From NCBI GenBank assembly GCA_938091905.1, contig CALKOM010000014.1, positions 15,072 through 79,071 on the forward strand: a DNA stretch of 64,000 nucleotides, in the 5' to 3' direction. Both the position numbers and the translations under genes were made by a program. The stretch is from an uncultured Verrucomicrobiales bacterium. GTDB taxonomy: Bacteria; Verrucomicrobiota; Verrucomicrobiia; Verrucomicrobiales; DEV007. Below are positions 43,101 through 51,776 of the stretch, in pieces. Under the pieces are notes generated by a model. The model had not been told where the DNA came from, ran no database searches, and was given only the letters and a program-made list of their open reading frames with translations. Position 1 is the first letter of the stretch. Each line of letters opens with the position of its first letter.

Positions 43101-44191
43101 AGATGCGCAATCTGTTTGAACTTGTGTATCCCAAGTTTGCCCAACAACTCCCCGCCCTCCGGCGTCAGACCTGCAAGCGTAGAGAAATCGTCTGCATCCT
43201 TTGGCTTTCGATTGTAGACCCAACCGAACTTAGAACTAAGTGTCATATCTTCCCCCACAAAGTGGGACGGCAAGACCGGAGCGGGGATCGCTCTCGGTTT
43301 CACTAGCATCGGAACGTTCTCCTTTGGCGATGCAGGAGCAATCTCCATATCCCCCCACTCGGGTTTAAGGCGAGCCACCTTCCTTGGCTTTAGAGCCAGA
43401 GGCCTCTCGTCAAGAACTAGCTCCTGATCCAACACAGACTCTACTTCCGCCAGCGGTTTTGAAGCCAACGACTGCTTCTCGGGAACCTGATTCTTCTCTA
43501 TCACCGGATTAACCTCAGCCAGTTTAGCTTTTGAACTGGGCTGCTCATCAGCTTTCTCTCGCGCTGCCTCCTCACCATCAGACCCGCCAACCTCAGTAAC
43601 TTCCACCAACCGACTCTGGCGGGCTCGCAGGCGATCACGCCAGAATGTCCAATGGACCTCTCTAAGCTTAGGATCCTCACTCTGCAAAGCGCGGATATTC
43701 CCGTCAGACAACTCACTGATCTGAGCAAACTGATAAATCCCTAAAGCATTCAACTTCCTCTGTAGGTTGTCGTCCACGCCGCGCAATGTCGTGAGGTCGT
43801 CTCGGTGTTCAGGAGGAAAGCGATACCCTTTTCCGAATGGCTCTTCATCCGGGATGGCCAGCTCTTCAAGTTGATCCTTTAGAAGCGAAGCAGCCTCGAG
43901 ACCAGACTCTCCTTCCTGCTTGATCGGTTCATTCGCAGCGGGAGCGCCGCTACGAGCAGGCATCGGAACTGCTCGTTCCAGATCGCGGAGCCCTTCTCTC
44001 ACCTGGCGCTGCAAGGCCACCACTTCCAACAAGAGGTTGCGCTCACGAAGAATGCCTTTCCGGAAACGCCTTACCCAAGGTCCCCAGAGAAGCCAAGCAA
44101 ACCAAAGACCAAGCAGAAATGACAGCAGCGCAAGCCAAACCTTCCAAGGCAAGCAGATCGTTTCCCAAAGATACGTGAGCGTCTTCCACAT
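40136..44191 (-). CDS. Membrane-anchored protein with 12 helix-hairpin-helix (COG3743-like) repeats
   Basis: N-terminal TM helix, then 12 units with consensus P..F.GE.V..SP.LG.VY...P...DDL..L.GV......L...GIY.F.QIA.L.D.QI......W..WR. Confidence 0.8.
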   Translation of the reverse strand: MWKTLTYLWETICLPWKVWLALLSFLLGLWFAWLLWGPWVRRFRKGILRERNLLLEVVALQRQVREGLRDLERAVPMPARSGAPAANEPIKQEGESGLEAASLLKDQLEELAIPDEEPFGKGYRFPPEHRDDLTTLRGVDDNLQRKLNALGIYQFAQISELSDGNIRALQSEDPKLREVHWTFWRDRLRARQSRLVEVTEVGGSDGEEAAREKADEQPSSKAKLAEVNPVIEKNQVPEKQSLASKPLAEVESVLDQELVLDERPLALKPRKVARLKPEWGDMEIAPASPKENVPMLVKPRAIPAPVLPSHFVGEDMTLSSKFGWVYNRKPKDADDFSTLAGLTPEGGELLGKLGIHKFKQIAHLKDEELNALQAHDLKLEGPEWSQWRTYFKSSDGIPRIPEALQGQPVEVSPTLGPLFREPPTKADDLSQLHGVYPSLGKSLNRSGIYRYAQVAQLNDAQIGAWEKQDPAFAKLPWHAWRKRFQGSESLTPPATLKGEAVKWSPYLGWVFASRPKKTDRLTLIEGLGAEQVSALHGLGIYQFGQIAEWSDEEIAALENEAPLLQEIDWSYWRHEIKKSGGRLELPGGFEGAEVALSPKLGLIYTRKPANQDDLSLLQGADSSAVRKWNGSGLYRYEQIAQLSDHQIGNWQKQTASVPGFDWKGWRDQLASSGAKIEVPTEFEGEPVQVSPNLGVVYGRAPNEVDDLSLLYGVSASAAEQLNREGLYRYRQVVHLSDDQIEHWKKAAPAAGEVDWRAWRERLRSSDETIEVPSEFEGEPVQISPQLGVVYVSTPCESDDFTQLQGVSTQAAECLYQLGIYRYSQLACFGDAEVNQLGELDDRLRAVDWKSWRAYFRTHRGAIEMPETLTGETLKLSLKLGFVYGEAPAQSDNLCRLKGIDSASGQAMNAMGLYRYEQIAQLSDTQLEAWRKMDDRFDGFAWGHWRAYFRNGQRLMTPTAFAGESIQHCPHLGVVYDRVPGKVDQLTLLQGVDEMKASLLRRLGIYRFVQIAHWDDAAIQELVSRHPELAGIRWAEWRRRFSEEGFAMSIPPAFAGEVVQLSPCFGVVYPEALEEPDQLALMNGVTAQSEKQLHELGFYRFKQIENLTDSQIDALRAEAPEFKNMGWNLWRALLSIHSVEAATSLARLRQGVPLEFADENQVYQDAELGTLYQFKPREVDSLSEIDGIDENMERLLNDYGIWTFRQLSFLRSRQCAALRVRDGRFQGFRETLHRWHSGARVAVGSHWRWRSWDPPEAHDLTSKSDSGAVADREQQRGDPLSLLPGVSGVGSALLKDMGICQFEQIVQLTDEQVSSLGKKQACLMRLNPAQLRFAASRYLGRVVSSEEAASDI
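40230..43801 (-). repeat. Intragenic array of diverged ~93-aa protein repeats (12 copies)
   Basis: Repeats counted by eye in the translation. Units 2-10 are evenly spaced; units 1 and 12 are set apart by linkers. Confidence 0.8.
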
Positions 44192-44195
44192 AACT

Positions 44196-44399
44196 CTAGA
44201 CGCTCTTCTTCAGCAGAGCTCGCTCTTTTTCTAACAATTCAACAGCATACTCTACACGCATTGCCTTCGCTCTCCGGGATCTCCAGAGGAATCCTCCAAC
44301 GATTAGCCCGAGGATAAAAAAGAGCACCCCCCAGAACAGCGCTAAGGAAAAAGCATGTGTCAGGTAGTAATACATACCGCCACTATATAAAGCATCCAT
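44196..44399 (-). CDS. Small single-pass membrane protein (ArfB-like position)
   Basis: Hydrophobic LALFWGVLFFILGLIVGGFLW followed by basic residues. It resembles the N-terminus of the downstream 1351-aa protein. Gaps to neighbours are 4 and 30 bp. Confidence 0.65.
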   Translation of the reverse strand: MDALYSGGMYYYLTHAFSLALFWGVLFFILGLIVGGFLWRSRRAKAMRVEYAVELLEKERALLKKSV

Positions 44400-44429
44400 T
44401 ATTATCGTTGTAGTGTTAGCCTGATACCA

Positions 44430-45854
44430 TTAATCCCTCAAATGAATCTCAACACCTCGTTCACTTCCTAAATCTTGGTCTGGCCTCACCTCATTGGCGG
44501 CGTCGAGACTATCCACCTCGATACGATTCGCCGTTACACCTAGCTTAACTAGCTCTCTCTTAATACTTTCAGCGCGGCGAAGACTCAAACTCTTGTTATC
44601 GGCCGCGTTTCTTCCAGATTCAGCGTAGCCCGCAACGACAATCACGCCTTCATAGTCAGCATCGGTTAGAAGACCATGAACTTGAGTTACCTTCCGAAGC
44701 TCCTCGAAATTCGCAATCTCCTGGTTCGTCCCGAAGTAAACCGACAATCGAGCTAAACTAGCCTTGAGCTGTGCCTCTCTTTCCTCCTCCATACCAACCT
44801 CCTCTTGTTGATCAGCCCGTTCAGATTCGACTGACTCTAGAGAGCTAAGAAGAACCCCTTCCAAATGGGCCCGAATCAATGGGTTCGATATGCCAAGAAC
44901 GACGATGCCAGCAGGCCCTTCAGAGAAGCCGCCCTCTTCACCTTCTCTCATTGACAGAAAAGCCCGAATGCGGCTTGGAAACGCATCCGATGTGTAACTT
45001 GCAAGCTCTGGCACCACGCCAAGCTCGTTATTCCAAACAACTTCCGGTGCCGCCTGCCGGGCAGCCAGCATCGCCTGGGCACGGATCTCAGCACTTCCAA
45101 CACTGCCCCGCAAAAAGCCCTCCTCGCGTTTACCCCCATGTTTCGTGACCACACAATGCACTCCTTCTAAGGCAGTTGAGCTTATCGTCAGATGGTTCTC
45201 AAGTGTCCGACCATGAAGGAGGAGCTCGACTTGTTCCTCAATTCGATCCTTAATTGCTGACGATGAAACCTCGCCTCGCATGACAAACTTCTCCATAGAC
45301 CACTCGAAGAATCCTTGCTCCGCTTCCTTGATAAACAACGCACCAAAGCTTGCGATCAATCGAGCATCCGGCACTGGGCAAGAACGCTCTGACACTTCCA
45401 GATCATTGACAACTGTGCGAACCACAGGCATTTGATAGACAATCTCAGAGACTCGCTTCTTTAAAACATCGTTAGCCACTCGCCCTCTCAATAGCACCTC
45501 ACTCCCTTTTCGTTCAAAGAAGACCGTGGATGGCAAGGATGGAAGCACTGGCTCTACTTCTTCAAGGAAGTCGATCACACGTCCAGCCCTAAGCCTACCT
45601 GAAATCTCTCGAACGATCTGACGCTTGCGTCCCTTCTCCACATTACCCGAGAGCACGAGATCGAGATGATCAACCCGAGTGGACAAATTCGACATGTACT
45701 TCTGTGATATCTCAGCTGTATTAAGATCCGCTAACAACTCTCGCTCGATCCTGAGGTCGCCATCACAGCACGTTCGCGAAACCCAAGCGAAGATTCCGAC
45801 GATGGCGATAAAGAGAAGAACAACAACGGCTTTCATGACAACAGGCCCTATCAT
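44430..45854 (-). CDS. BON-domain plus OmpA-like C-terminal domain membrane protein (ArfA-like architecture)
   Basis: N-terminal TM; BON-like repeats (LVLSGNV, VLLRGRV...VVNDLEV, MRGEV...LENHL, FLRGSV...NNELGV); C-terminal SVYF...VAGYA...NKSLSLRRAESIK...LGV...RGVEI. Confidence 0.82.
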   Translation of the reverse strand: MIGPVVMKAVVVLLFIAIVGIFAWVSRTCCDGDLRIERELLADLNTAEISQKYMSNLSTRVDHLDLVLSGNVEKGRKRQIVREISGRLRAGRVIDFLEEVEPVLPSLPSTVFFERKGSEVLLRGRVANDVLKKRVSEIVYQMPVVRTVVNDLEVSERSCPVPDARLIASFGALFIKEAEQGFFEWSMEKFVMRGEVSSSAIKDRIEEQVELLLHGRTLENHLTISSTALEGVHCVVTKHGGKREEGFLRGSVGSAEIRAQAMLAARQAAPEVVWNNELGVVPELASYTSDAFPSRIRAFLSMREGEEGGFSEGPAGIVVLGISNPLIRAHLEGVLLSSLESVESERADQQEEVGMEEEREAQLKASLARLSVYFGTNQEIANFEELRKVTQVHGLLTDADYEGVIVVAGYAESGRNAADNKSLSLRRAESIKRELVKLGVTANRIEVDSLDAANEVRPDQDLGSERGVEIHLRD

Positions 45855-46028
45855 CGGTGCTTACCAGATTCTAGAGACGGTCGAAATTATGGGACCAATC
45901 GGAGAACGCACAAGAACACATCCAGAAAGAGTATTTAGTATCCTCAAACTGTCTTCGAGGCTTTAACAGTTCCCAAAGCGCAAGGAATTGGGCCCCTGGT
46001 TAGACGTGCCAATAGTGGGCCTAGCTGG

Positions 46029-46068
46029 TCGACGCCCGAGCACGCTTGCAACCGTGCTCGGGCGTCGA
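46029..46068. repeat. 40-bp near-perfect palindrome in a divergent intergenic region
   Basis: TCGACGCCCGAGCACG-CTTGCAAC-CGTGCTCGGGCGTCGA: perfect 16-bp arms and a self-palindromic TTGCAA centre. Confidence 0.9.
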
Positions 46069-46077
46069 ACCTGAAGC

Positions 46078-48336
46078 ATGGTCAGAGCGGCCCTCCTGCT
46101 TCTCTTGCTCCACGCAACGGTGCTCTCAATAGTGAGTGGTGCTTCCGCTTGGAAAGCAGACGTCCTCCCTTTCTTTGAGAACTATTGCTACGACTGCCAC
46201 GGTGACGGCACGGAGAAAGGCGACCTTTCCCTGAATGGCTACCTCACGGAAGCCTCCGTTCTTAAGGACATCAAGGTCTGGGATACGATCAAGTATCAGG
46301 TGGAGAACTGGGTGATGCCGCCACCGAATAAAGCACAGCCAACACCGACAGAGCGTAAGATGGTCGCCACCTACTTGGAGAATCTGCTCTACCCCTGCGA
46401 CTGCGACATTCCTGATCCTGGCCGCACTACCATCAATCGACTCAATCGCGAACAATACGATGCGCGACCTCGTCGGCATCGATGTCAGACCCACAGACAT
46501 TTTCCCAGCAGATGATTCAGGCTATGGCTTTGACAACATCGGCGACGTGCTCACGATTCCGCCCATCCTCATGGAACGGTATCTTATCGGAGCTGATAAG
46601 GTCCTCGATGAAGCGATCTTCACGGGGCCACCAGAGTCAATCACTAGGATCCACGATGCTTTAGTCATGATGGGAGGTAAACGCTCCGAACAAACCGCAC
46701 GTGTGTTAGATAAGCTAGGAACAGTAAAAGTGAGGCACCAGTTTAGACATCAGGGCGACTATAAGATCCGGGTGCGCTTGGGAATGGATAGATCGTCGAA
46801 CGAGGGACTGAAAACGACGCTCTCCCTCGACAAGAAGGTCGTCCACACGGCATCCGTGACCGCTAGCAAGCTTCGCCCAGAAGCGATTGAGACCACCGTG
46901 ACGGCAAAAAAGGGAGTTCGGAGGTGATCATAACTCTCAAAGGGAATCCCGGTAGGAATCGGCTCTTTGTGACGCCAATCGAGATAGAAGGACCATTCCA
47001 ACCAAAGGCCGATCGGCTACCGCCGTCGCACACCGCCATCTTTGGCTAAGTTCCTGGCAACCGTGATCTCAGAACAGCGGAACGTACCATTCGGAGATTC
47101 GGTCATCGCGCATTCCGTCGCCCTATCAAGCCTGATGAAGTCAAGCGGTTGGTAAAGTTCGTTCAGCTCAGTCTGAACCGCGGCGACGGCTTCGAGATGG
47201 GAATCAAACAAGCACTCAGAGCTATGCTCGTTTCGCCACACTTTCTGTTTCGAATCGAATGGCTGCCCGAGCCTAACAATCCCAAACGTGTTGAAGCCGT
47301 CACTGAATACGCTCTCGCTTCCCGTCTGTCTTACTTTCTATGGAGCAGCATGCCGGACAACGAGTTGCTGTCGCTCGCTTTCAAAGGTGAACTCCGCAAG
47401 CAACTCAAGCCACAAATCATGCGCATGCTGGCTGATCCAAAAGCGAACGAGCTTGCACGCAACTTCGGCGGTCAGTGGCTTGAGCCCCGCAACCTACAGG
47501 TTCACGAAGCAAATGGGGAGAAGTTTCCTGAATTTACCCCCAAATTGCGAGACGCCATGGCTCACGAGACGGAGGAGTTCTTTCTACACGTCATGCGTAA
47601 GAATCGGCCAGTGACCGAGTTTTTGACTGCAGACCACACCTTCGTCAACGAACCACTGGAAAAATATTACGATTTGAAGGGAGTCTCCGGACAGGATTTC
47701 CAACGTGTTTCTCTAGCAGGCACTCCGAGGCGCGGCGTGCTCACTCACGCCAGCGTACTCACGGTGACCTCCGATCCCACGCGCACGTCACCGGTGAAAC
47801 GCGGCAAGTGGATACTAAACAATCCGTTAGTCACCTCACCACCACCTCCTCCACCGAACGTCCCCGAGCTAGAAGAGAATGACTAAGCCGAACTTAAGGG
47901 CAGCTTGCAAGCACGAATGGAGAAATACAGAGATATTCCTGGGTGCGCGTCATGCCATCGCTTAATAGATCCGTTAGGCTTTGGCCTTGAGCACTTCGGC
48001 CCACTCGGCGCCTGGCGAGACAAAGATGGCGCCTATTCCATCGAGGCAACGGGCGAGCTTGTTTCTGGGCAGCAGTTCGAGGGTTCAGATGAACTCATTG
48101 GCATCCTCGATACCAAGAAGCGTGATCTCTATTACAAATGCCTGGCTCACAAACTACTCACCTACGCTCTTGCACGAGGCCTCGAATACTACGATCGCTG
48201 CGCAGTCGATGAAATTCAGGGTAAATTGGGGAAAGACAGCCGCTTCAACACCGTGGTAATGGCGATTGTAGAGAGCATCCCGTTTCAGAAACGTCGGGGC
48301 GATGGATATGTCGAGCCAGATCGAAGCAAGCGGTAG
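46078..48336 (+). pseudogene. Planctomycete-type cytochrome c / DUF1592-DUF1588-DUF1585 protein, fragmented
   Basis: CYDCH, RLNREQY, GYGFDNIG, LASRLSYFLWSSMPD, RTSPVKRGKW and CASCH motifs are spread over several frames. Frameshift near 46460 and in-frame TAA at 47884-47886. Confidence 0.88.
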
Positions 48337-48374
48337 CCCTTGTCATCATTTCGAACCTGAACGGTCCTAAGACC

Positions 48375-49695
48375 ATGAGAAAGACTTCCCTAGACCGTCG
48401 CCGATTCCTCCGCGGGCTCGGCTCAACCTTCCCTTGAATCCCTCGGCGCAGGCCCCAGGGCGGCCACCGGAGCCCGCCCGGTGCGACTCGGGTTCGTCTA
48501 CCTTCTTAACGGCGTGAATGTGGATCAGTGGGAGCCGAAAGGCGGTTGCTCCAATCTTAAGCTATCTCAGACACTGGAACCACTGGCACCAGTTCAGGAT
48601 TACATTCAAGTGCTCAGCGGCCTTAAGCACGACAAAGCCCGCGCCAATAGCGATGGGGGGAGGCGATCATGCTAGAGCTAATGCAACCTTCCTCACCGGC
48701 GCTCAAGCACGCAAGACTGCTGGAGCGAATGTCGAAGTCGGGATCTCCGTCGATCAGATCGCCGCTGATCACGCAGGCAACCTAACAAGGCTGCCATCGT
48801 TAGAGTTGACTTGCGACAAACCGCGACGGGCAGGCAGCTGCGATTCGGGCTATAGCTGTACCTATCAATACAATATTTCCTGGAAATCGGAAACCACGCC
48901 AATGACACCGGAGCGCAATCCGCGTGAGGCTTTCGACAGATTGTTCAGCAACCGAATTCGTGGTGAAGTCGCCACCAATCGCGCTGCGCGCGACTTCTAC
49001 AACAAGAGCATTCTCGACTTTGTCACCGAGGACACTCGCAACCTGCGCAGGTATCTGGGACGCACCGATCAGGGCAAGTTGGACGATTACCTGGACACCG
49101 TCCGCGGGATTGAAAAACGAATCGAAACGGCAGAGAAGTTTGCTCTACAGACCCCTGACATGGACCGCCCACGAGGTTCCCAGATGATTATACCGAACAC
49201 CTGCGCCTCATGTATGACATCATGGCGGTCGCCTTCCAGACAGACACAACACGAATCAGCACGTTCCTTCCATCCCATGATGGCAACAATCGGTCCTTCA
49301 ATGAAGTAGGTGTGAAAGAAGGCCATCCCAGCCTCTAACATCACCAGAACAACGAAAATAAGCTTGAGCAAATCGGCAAGATCAGTCAGTTCTACGTGGA
49401 TCAGTTCAGCTATTTCATCCAGAAACTAGCAGACACGCCAGATGGTGATGTAAGCTTGTTGGATAACTCCATGATCGTCTTTGGTGGTGGCATTAGTGAT
49501 CCCAATCGCCACAGCCACAGCCACAGCGACTTGCCGGTCGTTCTGGCTGGCCGTGGTGGAGGCTACCTCACACCAGGCAAGCGGCAGGTCTATAAAGATG
49601 ATCCCATGTGCAATCTCTACGTCAGCCTTCTCCGAGGCCTGGGCGTGGAGACCAAACGCTTCGGTGACTGCACTGGCACTCTACGCGGTATCTAG
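48375..49695 (+). pseudogene. DUF1552 domain protein, fragmented
   Basis: RRRFLRGLG leader, GDHAR, ISVDQ, CDSGYSC and LLDNSMIVFG...HSDLP motifs in changing frames, with internal stops. Confidence 0.88.
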
Positions 49696-49740
49696 CAGTT
49701 CGCATCTCGACAAGATCGAGAAACGTTTCATGGTTAAGCC

Positions 49741-50724
49741 ATGAAACAAACAACCGCAATTCGACTCTTCTTGGTCGGGCTTCCCATCGGTCTTGTGCTG
49801 ACCACTGCGGTCTCCATGGTCTGGCACTTTAATAAGCCGAAAGAAGACGGTGCGCCCAAGGTCTACACGACTCTAGCCGATGAAATATCGGCCCAGGCCG
49901 TCTCAAGTTACGTTAGTAACCTTTCAAAAGTGATTGGTGAACGCCATTCTTCGAAACCAGGAACACTAGACCGTACCGCGAACTATCTAGAGTCCACATT
50001 GGGCACACGAAACCTAGGCTACGATGTGAAACGACAGGTCTACGACGTCGGGGGACAACCAGCGAGAAACCTTTGGGTCGAGATTCCCGGAGGGAAGCGC
50101 CTTAACGAAGTGGTCGTTGTCGTGGCTCACTATGATGCCCCGCTTGGCAGCCGCGGCGAGAATAACAATGCAAGTGGTGTTGCCGCCCTGCTCGCGATGG
50201 CCGAAAACTTCGCTCGCGAGAAGCCTATTCTCAGCATGCGTCTAGCGTTTCTAACACACAGCACTGCCCCCCACCTGAACACGAACGATTCCGGCTCCGC
50301 ACGTTATGCTCAGCTATTGGAACGACGAGGAGAACAAATCCGCACTGTCTTCTGCCTTGATGGGATAGGAGCTTTTCCAGCCACCGGACTGGCCACTACC
50401 GCACTCACCGAGCCCTTTCTCCCTAACAAGGGCCCATTCCTCAGTCTTCTTGCCAACCGCTCATCTGCCTCCGTCCTCGCCCTCAGTTTTGACTGTCTCG
50501 CACCTCTTCTTAGGTTCACGTGTCATCAGGCTGTCGTGCCTGAGAACTCACAGAGCTTTCTCGATGAGTCTACCGCAGGCGCCTTCCAATCCGCCGGCTT
50601 TCCTACACTCCTCATCCGAGGAAGCGGCCGCTTGGGCAAAGATGAGCTTGCTGTAGACACCACCACGCTAGCAGAGACCACCCGTGCGATCTCAACACTA
50701 ATTCGAGTCCTGGCAAATCCGTAG
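49741..50724 (+). CDS. Membrane-anchored M28 peptidase homologue with degenerate metal ligands
   Basis: AHYD retained, but ENNNASG replaces ADDNASG and the EE motif is absent. Confidence 0.75.
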   Translation: MKQTTAIRLFLVGLPIGLVLTTAVSMVWHFNKPKEDGAPKVYTTLADEISAQAVSSYVSNLSKVIGERHSSKPGTLDRTANYLESTLGTRNLGYDVKRQVYDVGGQPARNLWVEIPGGKRLNEVVVVVAHYDAPLGSRGENNNASGVAALLAMAENFAREKPILSMRLAFLTHSTAPHLNTNDSGSARYAQLLERRGEQIRTVFCLDGIGAFPATGLATTALTEPFLPNKGPFLSLLANRSSASVLALSFDCLAPLLRFTCHQAVVPENSQSFLDESTAGAFQSAGFPTLLIRGSGRLGKDELAVDTTTLAETTRAISTLIRVLANP

Positions 50725-50792
50725 CCACCGAGAAACAGAGAGCCCCCACAAGAAGGATCTCTGCTATTGGCAATTATTTAATGCCAGCGTCG

Positions 50793-51683
50793 TTAAGCTT
50801 CGTTCCGTCCTTTAAAAGTCAACTCGGCCACGCCTGATTTGTCGAGTTCGCCAAGGCCTTTCTCGATCATCTTATCATACTGAGCCTTTGTCGCATCATT
50901 CAAAGGCAGATTCAGACCGACATCTTCAGCCAGTGATTGCGCAATGCCAGAGTCCTTTGACGCGTGTGCGGCAGAGAACCAGCACTCATGATCACGATCT
51001 TCCATGTCTTCAGCGTCCGTTTCCAAAACCCGGGAGTTGGCTCCTGTTTGTGAAAAGACTTCCTGGAGCATTTTGAGATCTAATCCTAACGCATCACCTA
51101 GACCTAAACCCTCGGCCAACCCAGCCGTATTGATGTTCATGACCATATTGACGAGAGCCTTCACTTTGGCCGCCGAACCGATCTCGCCGGTGTAGCGCAT
51201 ATTGACACTCAGCTCGTCGAGCAGTGGCTTGCTGCTGTTAAATGCGCCTTCATCACCGGCGACCATGAGGTAGAGCGTTCCTTCGCGCGCTTGGCTAATG
51301 CTGGAAGCCATGCACCCTTCCAAGTATTCAGCGCCCACTTCCTTAGACTTCGCTGCAAGATCAATGTGAGTCTTCGGGCGAATCGTAGCGCAATTGATGA
51401 ATGCTTTTCCAGAAGCCCCTTCGAGTAAGTTATCACCATCATTGGTAAAGATGTCGTACATGGCCTGATCATCCGAAACGACCGTGATAATTACATCCGC
51501 CGCGGCAGTGACTTCAGCTAACGTACTGCAGGCCTTGGCTCCGAGTTCGTCGGCGACCGCTTTAGACAATTCCGCGCTGACATCAGACACAGCGGAGATC
51601 GTGTAGCCCTGATCTTTTAAATGGCGCGCCATGTTCGAGCCCATGCGACCAATCCCAACAAATGCGATTCTCTTATCTTTCAT
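50793..51683 (-). CDS. NAD(P)-dependent oxidoreductase, 3-hydroxyisobutyrate dehydrogenase family
   Basis: GIGRMGSNMA, KALVN and SKD motifs. Confidence 0.9.
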   Translation of the reverse strand: MKDKRIAFVGIGRMGSNMARHLKDQGYTISAVSDVSAELSKAVADELGAKACSTLAEVTAAADVIITVVSDDQAMYDIFTNDGDNLLEGASGKAFINCATIRPKTHIDLAAKSKEVGAEYLEGCMASSISQAREGTLYLMVAGDEGAFNSSKPLLDELSVNMRYTGEIGSAAKVKALVNMVMNINTAGLAEGLGLGDALGLDLKMLQEVFSQTGANSRVLETDAEDMEDRDHECWFSAAHASKDSGIAQSLAEDVGLNLPLNDATKAQYDKMIEKGLGELDKSGVAELTFKGRNEA

Positions 51684-51776
51684 AAAGCGTCTGATCGTAG
51701 GGACTCCCAAGAGGAAAGCAACGGAGAATTGGGCGTGTGATTGACTCCCTGGCCATGGCGGCTTCATGATTCATGG

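Noticed and set aside
40230..43801. Repeat array as a CRISPR or DNA-level tandem repeat
   Set aside because: Similarity is at the protein level inside one open frame. There are no identical DNA repeats with spacers and no cas genes.
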